Origin: Auanema rhodensis
Taxonomy: Eukaryota > Animalia > Nematoda
Direction: 5' to 3'
Length of the DNA stretch: 64,000 nucleotides
Assembly (NCBI GenBank): GCA_964057225.1
Contig: CAXKVF010000077.1
Location: 682,001 to 746,000 of the forward strand
In this document: one piece after another, positions 12,401 through 27,200 of the stretch
Layout of the letters: each line of letters begins with the position of its first letter
Position numbering within the stretch: position 1 is the stretch's first letter
Made by a program: the position numbers and the translations under genes
The notes under the pieces: generated by a model
What the model was told of the DNA's origin: nothing
Seen by the model: the letters and a program-made list of their open reading frames with translations, nothing else
Database searches by the model: none

Positions 12401-15400
12401 TTCACGTGAAGCGAGTTACATACCAAGTGCACATCACGTGTACATTTAATTAGCATAAATTAAAGTTCACGTAAATTTCAAAGTCATGGTTACCATGCAC
12501 CAATATCAATAAAAATTTGTTTTTAGACTAATATGGACATGGGGAATCTAATTTTGAAAACCGCATCTCTTTATCTTTCACGTGAAGCGAGTTACATACC
12601 AAGTGCACATCACGTGTACATTTAATTAGCATAAATTAAAGTTCACGTAAATTTCAAAGTCATGGTTACCATGAACCAATATCAATAAAAATTTGTTTTT
12701 AGACTAATATGGACATGGGGAATCTAATTTTGAAAACCGCATCTCTTTATCTTTCACGTGAAGCGAGTTACATACCAAGTGCACATCACGTGTACATTTA
12801 ATTAGCATAAATTAAAGTTCACGTAAATTTCAAAGTCATGGTTGCCATGAAGCAATATCAATAAAAATTTGTTTTTAGACTAATATGGACATGGGGAATC
12901 TAATTTTGAAAACCGCATCTCTTTATCTTTCACGTGAAGCGAGTTACATACCAAGTGCACATCACGTGTACATTTAATTAGCATAAATTAAAGTTCACGT
13001 AAATTTCAAAGTCATGGTTACCATGCACCAATATCAATAAAAATTTGTTTTTAGACTAATATGGACATGGGGAATCTAATTTTGAAAACCGCATCTCTTT
13101 ATCTTTCACGTGAAGCGAGTTACATACCAAGTGCACATCACGTGTACATTTAATTAGCATAAATTAAAGTTCACGTAAATTTCAAAGTCATGGTTACCAT
13201 GAACCAATATCAATAAAAATTTGTTTTTAGACTAATATGGACATGGGGAATCTAATTTTGAAAACTGCATCTCTTTATCTTTCACGTGAAGCGAGTTACA
13301 TACCAAGTGCACATCACGTGTACATTTAATTAGCATAAATTAAAGTTCACGTAAATTTCAAAGTCATGGTTGCCATGAAGCAATATCAATAAAAATTTGT
13401 TTTTAGACTAATATGGACATGGGGAATCTAATTTTGAAAACCGCATCTCTTTATCTTTCACGTGAAGCGAGTTACATACCAAGTGCACATCACGTGTACA
13501 TTTAATTAGCATAAATTAAAGTTCACGTAAATTTCAAAGTCATGGTTACCATGAAGCAATATCAATAAAAATTTGTTTTTAGACTAATATGGACATGGGG
13601 AATCTAATTTTGAAAACCGCATCTCTTTATCTTTCACGTGAAGCGAGTGACATACCAAGTGCACATCACGTGTACATTTAATTAGCATAAATTAAAGTTC
13701 ACGTAAATTTCAAAGTCATGGTTACCATGAAGCAATATCAATAAAAATTTGTTTTTAGACTAATATGGACATGGAGAATCTAATTTTGAAAACCGCATCT
13801 CTTTATCTTTCACGTGAAGCGAGTTACATACCAAGTGCACATCACGTGTACATTTAATTAGCATAAATTAAAGTTCACGTAAATTTCAAAGTCATGGTTA
13901 CCATGAACCAATATCAATAAAAATTTGTTTTTAGACTAATATGGACATGGGGAATCTAATTTTGAAAACCGCATCTCTTTATCTTTCACGTGAAGCGAGT
14001 TACATACCAAGTGCACATCACGTGTACATTTAATTAGCATAAATTAAAGTTCACGTAAATTTCAAAGTCATGGTTACCATGAACCAATATCAATAAAAAT
14101 TTGTTTTTAGACTAATATGGACATGGGGAATCTAATTTTGAAAACCGCATCTCTTTATCTTTCACGTGAAGCGAGTTACATACCAAGTGCACAACACGTG
14201 TACATTTAATTAGCATAAATTAAAGTTCACGTAAATTTCAAAGTCATGGTTGCCATGAAGCAATATCAATAAAAATTTGTTTTTAGACTAATATGGACAT
14301 GGGGAATCTAATTTTGAAAACCGCATCTCTTTATCTTTCAGGTGAAGCGAGTTACATACCAAATGCACATCACGTGTACATTTAATTAGCATAAATTAAA
14401 GTTCACGTAAATTTCAAAGTCATGGTTACCATGAACCAATATCAATAAAAATTTGTTTTTAGACTAATATGGACATGGGGAATCTAATTTTGAAAACCGC
14501 ATCTCTTTATCTTTCACGTGAAGCGAGTTACATACCAAGTGCACATCACGTGTACATTTAATTAGCATAAATTAAAGTTCACGTAAATTTCAAAGTCATG
14601 GTTACCATGCACCAATATCAATAAAAATTTGTTTTTAGACTAATATGGACATGGGGAATCTAATTTTGAAAACCGCATCTCTTTATCTTTCACGTGAAGC
14701 GAGTTACATACCAAGTGCACATCACGTGTACATTTAATTAGCATAAATTAAAGTTCACGTAAATTTCAAAGTCATGGTTACCATGAACCAATATCAATAA
14801 AAATTTGTTTTTAGACTAATATGGACATGGGGAATCTAATTTTGAAAACCGCATCTCTTTATCTTTCACGTGAAGCGAGTTACATACCAAGTGCACATCA
14901 CGTGTACATTTAATTAGCATAAATTAAAGTTCACGTAAATTTCAAAGTCATGGTTACCATGCACCAATATCAATAAAAATTTGTTTTTAGACTAATATGG
15001 ACATGGGGAATCTAATTTTGAAAACCGCATCTCTTTATCTTTCACGTGAAGCGAGTTACATACCAAGTGCACATCACGTGTACATTTAATTAGCATAAAT
15101 TAAAGTTCACGTAAATTTCAAAGTCATGGTTACCATGAACCAATATCAATAAAAATTTGTTTTTAGACTAATATGGACATGGGGAATCTAATTTTGAAAA
15201 CCGCATCTCTTTATCTTTCACGTGAAGCGAGTTACATACCAAGTGCACATCACGTGTACATTTAATTAGCATAAATTAAAGTTCACGTAAATTTCAAAGT
15301 CATGGTTACCATGAACCAATATCAATAAAAATTTGTTTTTAGACTAATATGGACATGGGGAATCTAATTTTGAAAACCGCATCTCTTTATCTTTCACGTG

Positions 15401-16808
15401 AAGCGAGTTACATACCAAGTGCACATCACGTGTACATTTAATTAGCATAAATTAAAGTTCACGTAAATTTCAAAGTCATGGTTGCCATGAAGCAATATCA
15501 ATAAAAATTTGTTTTTAGACTAATATGGACATGGGGAATCTAATTTTGAAAACCGCATCTCTTTATCTTTCACGTGAAGCGAGTTACATACCAAGTGCAC
15601 ATCACGTGTACATTTAATTAGCATAAATTAAAGTTCACGTAAATTTCAAAGTCATGGTTACCATGCACCAATATCAATAAAAATTTGTTTTTAGACTAAT
15701 ATGGACATGGGGAATCTAATTTTGAAAACCGCATCTCTTTATCTTTCACGTGAAGCGAGTTACATACCAAGTGCACATCACGTGTACATTTAATTAGCAT
15801 AAATTAAAGTTCACGTAAATTTCAAAGTCATGGTTACCATGAACCAATATCAATAAAAATTTGTTTTTAGACTAATATGGACATGGGGAATCTAATTTTG
15901 AAAACCGCATCTCTTTATCTTTCACGTGAAGCGAGTTACATACCAAGTGCACATCACGTGTACATTTAATTAGCATAAATTAAAGTTCACGTAAATTTCA
16001 AAGTCATGGTTGCCATGAAGCAATATCAATAAAAATTTGTTTTTAGACTAATATGGACATGGAGAATCTAATTTTGAAAACCGCATCTCTTTATCTTTCA
16101 GGTGAAGCGAGTTACATACCAAATGCACATCACGTGTACATTTAATTAGCATAAATTAAAGTTCACGTAAATTTCAAAGTCATGGTTACCATGAACCAAT
16201 ATCAATAAAAATTTGTTTTTAGACTAATATGGACATGGGGAATCTAATTTTGAAAACCGCATCTCTTTATCTTTCACGTGAAGCGAGTTACATACCAAGT
16301 GCACATCACGTGTACATTTAATTAGCATAAATTAAAGTTCACGTAAATTTCAAAGTCATGGTTGCCATGAAGCAATATCAATAAAAATTTGTTTTTAGAC
16401 TAATATGGACATGGAGAATCTAATTTTGAAAACCGCATCTCTTTATCTTTCACGTGAAGCGAGTTACATACCAAGTGCACATCACGTGTACATTTAATTA
16501 GCATAAATTAAAGTTCACGTAAATTTCAAAGTCATGGTTGCCATGAAGCAATATCAATAAAAATTTGTTTTTAGACTAATATGGACATGGAGAATCTAAT
16601 TTTGAAAACCGCATCTCTTTATCTTTCACGTGAAGCGAGTTACATACCAAGTGCACATCACGTGTACATTTAATTAGCATAAATTAAAGTTCACGTAAAT
16701 TTCAAAGTCATGGTTACCATTAACCAATATCAATAAAAATTTGTTTTTAGACTAATATGGACATGGGGAATCTAATTTTGAAAACCGCATCTCTTTATCT
16801 TTCACGTG

Positions 16809-19800
16809 AAGCGAGTTACATACCAAGTGCACATCACGTGTACATTTAATTAGCATAAATTAAAGTTCACGTAAATTTCAAAGTCATGGTTGCCATGAAG
16901 CAATATCAATAAAAATTTGTTTTTAGACTAATATGGACATGGGGAATTTAATTTTGAAAACCGCATCTCTTTATCTTTCACGTGAAGCGAGTTACATACC
17001 AAGTGCACATCACGTGTACATTTAATTAGCATAAATTAAAGTTCACGTAAATTTCAAAGTCATGGTTACCATGAACCAATATCAATAAAAATTTGTTTTT
17101 AGACTAATATGGACATGGGGAATCTAATTTTGAAAACCGCATCTCTTTATCTTTCACGTGAAGCGAGTTACATACCAAGTGCACAACACGTGTACATTTA
17201 ATTAGCATAAATTAAAGTTCACGTAAATTTCAAAGTCATGGTTGCCATGAAGCAATATCAATAAAAATTTGTTTTTAGACTAATATGGACATGGGGAATC
17301 TAATTTTGAAAACCGCATCTCTTTATCTTTCAGGTGAAGCGAGTTACATACCAAATGCACATCACGTCTACATTTAATTAGCATAAATTAAAGTTCACGT
17401 AAATTTCAAAGTCATGGTTACCATGAACCAATATCAATAAAAATTTGTTTTTAGACTAATATGGACATGGGGAATCTAATTTTGAAAACCGCATCTCTTT
17501 ATCTTTCACGTGAAGCGAGTTACATACCAAGTGCACATCACGTGTACATTTAATTAGCATAAATTAAAGTTCACGTAAATTTCAAAGTCATGGTTACCAT
17601 GCACCAATATCAATAAAAATTTGTTTTTAGACTAATATGGACATGGGGAATCTAATTTTGAAAACCGCATCTCTTTATCTTTCACGTGAAGCGAGTTACA
17701 TACCAAGTGCACATCACGTGTACATTTAATTAGCATAAATTAAAGTTCACGTAAATTTCAAAGTCATGGTTACCATGAACCAATATCAATAAAAATTTGT
17801 TTTTAGACTAATATGGACATGGGGAATCTAATTTTGAAAACCGCATCTCTTTATCTTTCACGTGAAGCGAGTTACATACCAAGTGCACATCACGTGTACA
17901 TTTAATTAGCATAAATTAAAGTTCACGTAAATTTCAAAGTCATGGTTACCATGCACCAATATCAATAAAAATTTGTTTTTAGACTAATATGGACATGGGG
18001 AATCTAATTTTGAAAACCGCATCTCTTTATCTTTCACGTGAAGCGAGTTACATACCAAGTGCACATCACGTGTACATTTAATTAGCATAAATTAAAGTTC
18101 ACGTAAATTTCAAAGTCATGGTTACCATGAACCAATATCAATAAAAATTTGTTTTTAGACTAATATGGACATGGGGAATCTAATTTTGAAAACCGCATCT
18201 CTTTATCTTTCACGTGAAGCGAGTTACATACCAAGTGCACATCACGTGTACATTTAATTAGCATAAATTAAAGTTCACGTAAATTTCAAAGTCATGGTTG
18301 CCATGAAGCAATATCAATAAAAATTTGTTTTTAGACTAATATGGACATGGGGAATCTAATTTTGAAAACCGCATCTCTTTATCTTTCACGTGAAGCGAGT
18401 TACATACCAAGTGCACATCACGTGTACATTTAATTAGCATAAATTAAAGTTCACGTAAATTTCAAAGTCATGGTTACCATGAACCAATATCAATAAAAAT
18501 TTGTTTTTAGACTAATATGGACATGGGGAATCTAATTTTGAAAACCGCATCTCTTTATCTTTCACGTGAAGCGAGTTACATACCAAGTGCACATCACGTG
18601 TACATTTAATTAGCATAAATTAAAGTTCACGTAAATTTCAAAGTCATGGTTACCATGCACCAATATCAATAAAAATTTGTTTTTAGACTAATATGGACAT
18701 GGGGAATCTAATTTTGAAAACCGCATCTCTTTATCTTTCACGTGAAGCGAGTTACATACCAAGTGCACATCACGTGTACATTTAATTAGCATAAATTAAA
18801 GTTCACGTAAATTTCAAAGTCATGGTTACCATGAACCAATATCAATAAAAATTTGTTTTTAGACTAATATGGACATGGGGAATCTAATTATGAAAACCGC
18901 ATCTCTTTATCTTTCACGTGAAGCGAGTTACATACCAAGTGCACATCACGTGTACATTTAATTAGCATAAATTAAAGTTCACGTAAATTTCAAAGTCATG
19001 GTTGCCATGAAGCAATATCAATAAAAATTTGTTTTTAGACTAATATGGACATGGAGAATCTAATTTTGAAAACCGCATCTCTTTATCTTTCACGTGAAGC
19101 GAGTTACATACCAAGTGCACATCACGTGTACATTTAATTAGCATAAATTAAAGTTCACGTAAATTTCAAAGTCATGGTTACCATGAACCAATATCAATAA
19201 AAATTTGTTCTTAGACTAATATGGACATGGGGAATCTAATTTTGAAAACCGCATCTCTTTATCTTTCACGTGAAGCGAGTTACATACCAAGTGCACATCA
19301 CGTGTACATTTAATTAGCATAAATTAAAGTTCACGTAAATTTCAAAGTCATGGTTGCCATGAAGCAATATCAATAAAAATTTGTTTTTAGACTAATATGG
19401 ACATGGGGAATCTAATTTTGAAAACCGCATCTCTTTATCTTTCACGTGAAGCGAGTTACATACCAAGTGCACATCACGTGTACATTTAATTAGCATAAAT
19501 TAAAGTTCACGTAAATTTCAAAGTCATGGTTGCCATGAAGCAATATCAATAAAAATTTGTTTTTAGACTAATATGGACATGGGGAATCTAATTTTGAAAA
19601 CCGCATCTCTTTATCTTTCACGTGAAGCGAGTTACATACCAAGTGCACATCACGTGTACATTTAATTAGCATAAATTAAAGTTCACGTAAATTTCAAAGT
19701 CATGGTTACCATGCACCAATATCAATAAAAATTTGTTTTTAGACTAATATGGACATGGGGAATCTAATTTTGAAAACCGCATCTCTTTATCTTTCACGTG

Positions 19801-22800
19801 AAGCGAGTTACATACCAAGTGCTCATCACGTGTACATTTAATTAGCATAAATTAAAGTTCACGTAAATTTCAAAGTCATGGTTACCATGAACCAATATCA
19901 ATAAAAATTTGTTTTTAGACTAATATGGACATGGGGAATCTAATTTTGAAAACTGCATCTCTTTATCTTTCACGTGAAGCGAGTTACATACCAAGTGCAC
20001 ATCACGTGTACATTTAATTAGCATAAATTAAAGTTCACGTAAATTTCAAAGTCATGGTTACCATGAACCAATATCAATAAAAATTTGTTTTTAGACTAAT
20101 ATGGACATGGGGAATCTAATTTTTAAAACCGCATCTCTTCATCTTTCACGTGAAGCGAGTTACATACCAAGTGCACATCACGTGTACATTTAATTAGCAT
20201 AAATTAAAGTTCACGTAAATTTCAAAGTCATGGTTACCATGCACCAATATCAATAAAAATTTGTTTTTAGACTAATATGGACATGGGGAATCTAATTTTG
20301 AAAACCGCATCTCTTTATCTTTCACGTGAAGCGAGTTACATACCAAGTGCACATCACGTGTACATTTAATTAGCATGAATTAAAGTTCACGTAAATTTCA
20401 AAGTCATGGTTACCATGAACCAATATCAATAAAAATTTGTTCTTAGACTAATATGGACATGGGGAATCTAATTTTGAAAACCGCATCTCTTTATCTTTCA
20501 CGTGAAGCGAGTTACATACCAAGTGCACATCACGTGTACATTTAATTAGCATAAATTAAAGTTCACGTAAATTTCAAAGTCATGGTTGCCATGAAGCAAT
20601 ATCAATAAAAATTTGTTTTTAGACTAATATGGACATGGGGAATCTAATTTTGAAAACCGCATCTCTTTATCTTTCACGTGAAGCGAGTTACATACCAAGT
20701 GCACATCACGTGTACATTTAATTAGCATAAATTAAAGTTCACGTAAATTTCAAAGTCATGGTTACCATGAACCAATATCAATAAAAATTTGTTTTTAGAC
20801 TAATATGGACATGGGGAATCTAATTTTGAAAACCGCATCTCTTTATCTTTCACGTGAAGCGAGTTACATACCAAGTGCACAACACGTGTACATTTAATTA
20901 GCATAAATTAAAGTTCACGTAAATTTCAAAGTCATGGTTGCCATGAAGCAATATCAATAAAAATTTGTTTTTAGACTAATATGGACATGGGGAATCTAAT
21001 TTTGAAAACCGCATCTCTTTATCTTTCAGGTGAAGCGAGTTACATACCAAATGCACATCACGTGTACATTTAATTAGCATAAATTAAAGTTCACGTAAAT
21101 TTCAAAGTCATGGTTACCATGAACCAATATCAATAAAAATTTGTTTTTAGACTAATATGGACATGGGGAATCTAATTTTGAAAACCGCATCTCTTTATCT
21201 TTCACGTGAAGCGAGTTACATACCAAGTGCACATCACGTGTACATTTAATTAGCATAAATTAAAGTTCACGTAAATTTCAAAGTCATGGTTACCATGCAC
21301 CAATATCAATAAAAATTTGTTTTTAGACTAATATGGACATGGGGAATCTAATTTTGAAAACCGCATCTCTTTATCTTTCACGTGAAGCGAGTTACATACC
21401 AAGTGCACATCACGTGTACATTTAATTAGCATAAATTAAAGTTCACGTAAATTTCAAAGTCATGGTTACCATGAACCAATATCAATAAAAATTTGTTTTT
21501 AGACTAATATGGACATGGGGAATCTAATTTTGAAAACCGCATCTCTTTATCTTTCACGTGAAGCGAGTTACATACCAAGTGCACATCACGTGTACATTTA
21601 ATTAGCATAAATTAAAGTTCACGTAAATTTCAAAGTCATGGTTACCATGCACCAATATCAATAAAAATTTGTTTTTAGACTAATATGGACATGGGGAATC
21701 TAATTTTGAAAACCGCATCTCTTTATCTTTCACGTGAAGCGAGTTACATACCAAGTGCACATCACGTGTACATTTAATTAGCATAAATTAAAGTTCACGT
21801 AAATTTCAAAGTCATGGTTACCATGAACCAATATCAATAAAAATTTGTTTTTAGACTAATATGGACATGGGGAATCTAATTTTGAAAACCGCATCTCTTT
21901 ATCTTTCACGTGAAGCGAGTTACATACCAAGTGCACATCACGTGTACATTTAATTAGCATAAATTAAAGTTCACGTAAATTTCAAAGTCATGGTTGCCAT
22001 GAAGCAATATCAATAAAAATTTGTTTTTAGACTAATATGGACATGGGGAATCTAATTTTGAAAACCGCATCTCTTTATCTTTCACGTGAAGCGAGTTACA
22101 TACCAAGTGCACATCACGTGTACATTTAATTAGCATAAATTAATGTTCACGTAAATTTCAAAGTCATGGTTACCATGAACCAATATCAATAAAAATTTGT
22201 TTTTAGACTAATATGGACATGGGGAATCTAATTTTGAAAACCGCATCTCTTTATCTTTCACGTGAAGCGAGTTACATACCAAGTGCACATCACGTGTACA
22301 TTTAATTAGCATAAATTAAAGTTCACGTAAATTTCAAAGTCATGGTTACCATGCACCAATATCAATAAAAATTTGTTTTTAGACTAATATGGACATGGGG
22401 AATCTAATTTTGAAAACCGCATCTCTTTATCTTTCACGTGAAGCGAGTTACATACCAAGTGCACATCACGTGTACATTTAATTAGCATAAATTAAAGTTC
22501 ACGTAAATTTCAAAGTCATGGTTACCATGAACCAATATCAATAAAAATTTGTTTTTAGACTAATATGGACATGGGGAATCTAATTATGAAAACCGCATCT
22601 CTTTATCTTTCACGTGAAGCGAGTTACATACCAAGTGCACATCACGTGTACATTTAATTAGCATAAATTAAAGTTCACGTAAATTTCAAAGTCATGGTTG
22701 CCATGAAGCAATATCAATAAAAATTTGTTTTTAGACTAATATGGACATGGAGAATCTAATTTTGAAAACCGCATCTCTTTATCTTTCACGTGAAGCGAGT

Positions 22801-24200
22801 TACATACCAAGTGCACATCACGTGTACATTTAATTAGCATAAATTAAAGTTCACGTAAATTTCAAAGTCATGGTTACCATGAACCAATATCAATAAAAAT
22901 TTGTTCTTAGACTAATATGGACATGGGGAATCTAATTTTGAAAACCGCATCTCTTTATCTTTCACGTGAAGCGAGTTACATACCAAGTGCACATCACGTG
23001 TACATTTAATTAGCATAAATTAAAGTTCACGTAAATTTCAAAGTCATGGTTGCCATGAAGCAATATCAATAAAAATTTGTTTTTAGACTAATATGGACAT
23101 GGGGAATCTAATTTTGAAAACCGCATCTCTTTATCTTTCACGTGAAGCGAGTTACATACCAAGTGCACATCACGTGTACATTTAATTAGCATAAATTAAA
23201 GTTCACGTAAATTTCAAAGTCATGGTTGCCATGAAGCAATATCAATAAAAATTTGTTTTTAGACTAATATGGACATGGGGAATCTAATTTTGAAAACCGC
23301 ATCTCTTTATCTTTCACGTGAAGCGAGTTACATACCAAGTGCACATCACGTGTACATTTAATTAGCATAAATTAAAGTTCACGTAAATTTCAAAGTCATG
23401 GTTACCATGCACCAATATCAATAAAAATTTGTTTTTAGACTAATATGGACATGGGGAATCTAATTTTGAAAACCGCATCTCTTTATCTTTCACGTGAAGC
23501 GAGTTACATACCAAGTGCTCATCACGTGTACATTTAATTAGCATAAATTAAAGTTCACGTAAATTTCAAAGTCATGGTTACCATGAACCAATATCAATAA
23601 AAATTTGTTTTTAGACTAATATGGACATGGGGAATCTAATTTTGAAAACTGCATCTCTTTATCTTTCACGTGAAGCGAGTTACATACCAAGTGCACATCA
23701 CGTGTACATTTAATTAGCATAAATTAAAGTTCACGTAAATTTCAAAGTCATGGTTACCATGAACCAATATCAATAAAAATTTGTTTTTAGACTAATATGG
23801 ACATGGGGAATCTAATTTTTAAAACCGCATCTCTTCATCTTTCACGTGAAGCGAGTTACATACCAAGTGCACATCACGTGTACATTTAATTAGCATAAAT
23901 TAAAGTTCACGTAAATTTCAAAGTCATGGTTACCATGCACCAATATCAATAAAAATTTGTTTTTAGACTAATATGGACATGGGGAATCTAATTTTGAAAA
24001 CCGCATCTCTTTATCTTTCACGTGAAGCGAGTTACATACCAAGTGCACATCACGTGTACATTTAATTAGCATAAATTAAAGTTCACGTAAATTTCAAAGT
24101 CATGGTTACCATGAACCAATATCAATAAAAATTTGTTTTTAGACTAATATGGACATGGGGAATCTAATTTTGAAAACTGCATCTCTTTATCTTTCACGTG
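16809..24200 (+). repeat. 21-monomer (3696-bp) tandem higher-order duplication
   Basis: Rare variants pair at exactly 3696 bp: 17186/20882, 18890/22586, 19210/22906, 19823/23519, 20124/23820. Confidence 0.9.
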
Positions 24201-27200
24201 AAGCGAGTTACATACCAAGTGCACATCACGTGTACATTTAATTAGCATAAATTAAAGTTCACGTAAATTTCAAAGTCATGGTTACCATGCACCAATATCA
24301 ATAAAAATTTGTTTTTGACTAATATGGACATGGGGAATCTAATTTTGGAAACCGCATCTCTTTATCTTTCACGTGAAGCGAGTTACATACCAAGTGCACA
24401 TCACGTGTACATTCAATTAGCATAAATTAAAGTTCACGTAAATTTCAAATTCATATGGTTACCATGCACCAATATCAATAAAAATTTGTTTTTAGACTAA
24501 TATGGACATGGGGAATCTAATTTTGAAAACCGCATCTCTTTATCTTTCACGTGAAGCGAGTTACATACCAAGTGCACATCACGTGTACATTTAATTAGCA
24601 TAAATTAAAGTTCACGTAAATTTCAAAGTCATGGTTACCATGAAGCAATATCAATAAAAATTTGTTTTTAGACTAATATGGACATGGGGAATCTAATTTT
24701 GAAAACCGCATCTCTTTATCTTTCACGTGAAGCGAGTTACATACCAAGTGCACATCACGTGTACATTTAATTAGCATAAATTAAAGTTCACGTAAATTTC
24801 AAAGTCATGGTTACCATGAACCAATATCAATAAAAATTTGTTTTTAGACTAATATGGACATGGGGAACTAATTTTGAAAACCGCATCTCTTTATCTTTCA
24901 CGTGAAGCGAGTTACATACCAAGTGCACATCACGTGTACATTTAATTAGCATAAATTAAAGTTCACGTAAATTTCAAAGTCATGGTTACCATGCACCAAT
25001 ATCAATAAAAATTTGTTTTTAGACTAATATGGACATGGGGAATCTAATTTTGAAAACCGCATCTCTTTATCTTTCACGTGAAGCGAGTTACATACCAAGT
25101 GCACATCACGTGTACATTTAATTAGCATAAATTAAAGTTCACGTAAATTTCAAAGTCATGGTTACCATGAACCAATATCAATAAAAATTTGTTTTTAGAC
25201 TAATATGGACATGGGGAATCTAATTTTTAAAACCGCATCTCTTCATCTTTCACGTGAAGCGAGTTACATACCAAGTGCACATCACGTGTACATTTAATTA
25301 GCATAAATTAAAGTTCACGTAAATTTCAAAGTCATGGTTACCATGCACCAATATCAATAAAAATTTGTTTTTAGACTAATATGGACATGGGGAATCTAAT
25401 TTTGAAAACCGCATCTCTTTATCTTTCACGTGAAGCGAGTTACATACCAAGTGCACATCACGTGTACATTTAATTAGCATAAATTAAAGTTCACGTAATT
25501 TTCAAAGTCATGGTTACCATGAACCAATATCAATAAAAATTTGTTTTTAGACTAATATGGACATGGGGAATCTAATTTTGAAAACTGCATCTCTTTATCT
25601 TTCACGTGAAGCGAGTTACATACCAAGTGCACATCACGTGTACATTTAATTAGCATAAATTAAAGTTCACGTAAATTTCAAAGTCATGGTTACCATGAAC
25701 CAATATCAATAAAAATTTGTTTTTAGACTAATATGGACATGGGGAATCTAATTTTGAAAACCGCATCTCTTTATCTTTCACGTGAAGCGAGTTACATACC
25801 AAGTGCACATCACGTGTACATTTAATTAGCATAAATTAAAGTTCACGTAAATTTCAAAGTCATGGTTACCATGAAGCAATATCAATAAAAATTTGTTTTT
25901 AGACTAATATGGACATGGGGAATCTAATTTTGAAAACCGCATCTCTTTATCTTTCACGTGAAGCGAGTGACATACCAAGTGCACATCACGTGTACATTTA
26001 ATTAGCATAAATTAAAGTTCACGTAAATTTCAAAGTCATGGTTACCATGCACCAATATCAATAAAAATTTGTTTTTAGACTAATATGGACATGGGGAATC
26101 TAATTTTGAAAACCGCATCTCTTTATCTTTCACGTGAAGCGAGTTACATACCAAGTGCACATCACGTGTACATTTAATTAGCATAAATTAAAGTTCACGT
26201 AAATTTCAAAGTCATGGTTACCATGAACCAATATCAATAAAAATTTGTTTTTAGACTAATATGGACATGGGGAATCTAATTTTTAAAACCGCATCTCTTC
26301 ATCTTTCACGTGAAGCGAGTTACATACCAAGTGCACATCACGTGTACATTTAATTAGCATAAATTAAAGTTCACGTAAATTTCAAAGTCATGGTTACCAT
26401 GCACCAATATCAATAAAAATTTGTTTTTAGACTAATATGGACATGGGGAATCTAATTTTGAAAACCGCATCTCTTTATCTTTCACGTGAAGCGAGTTACA
26501 TACCAAGTGCACATCACGTGTACATTTAATTAGCATAAATTAAAGTTCACGTAAATTTCAAAGTCATGGTTACCATGAACCAATATCAATAAAAATTTGT
26601 TTTTAGACTAATATGGACATGGGGAATCTAATTTTGAAAACTGCATCTCTTTATCTTTCACGTGAAGCGAGTTACATACCAAGTGCACATCACGTGTACA
26701 TTTAATTAGCATAAATTAAAGTTCACGTAAATTTCAAAGTCATGGTTACCATGAACCAATATCAATAAAAATTTGTTTTTAGACTAATATGGACATGGGG
26801 AATCTAATTTTGAAAACCGCATCTCTTTATCTTTCACGTGAAGCGAGTTACATACCAAGTGCACATCACGTGTACATTTAATTAGCATAAATTAAAGTTC
26901 ACGTAAATTTCAAAGTCATGGTTACCATGAAGCAATATCAATAAAAATTTGTTTTTAGACTAATATGGACATGGGGAATCTAATTTTGAAAACCGCATCT
27001 CTTTATCTTTCACGTGAAGCGAGTTACATACCAAGTGCACATCACGTGTACATTTAATTAGCATAAATTAAAGTTCACGTAAATTTCAAAGTCATGGTTA
27101 CCATGCACCAATATCAATAAAAATTTGTTTTTGACTAATATGGACATGGGGAATCTAATTTTGGAAACCGCATCTCTTTATCTCTCACGTGAAGCGAGTT

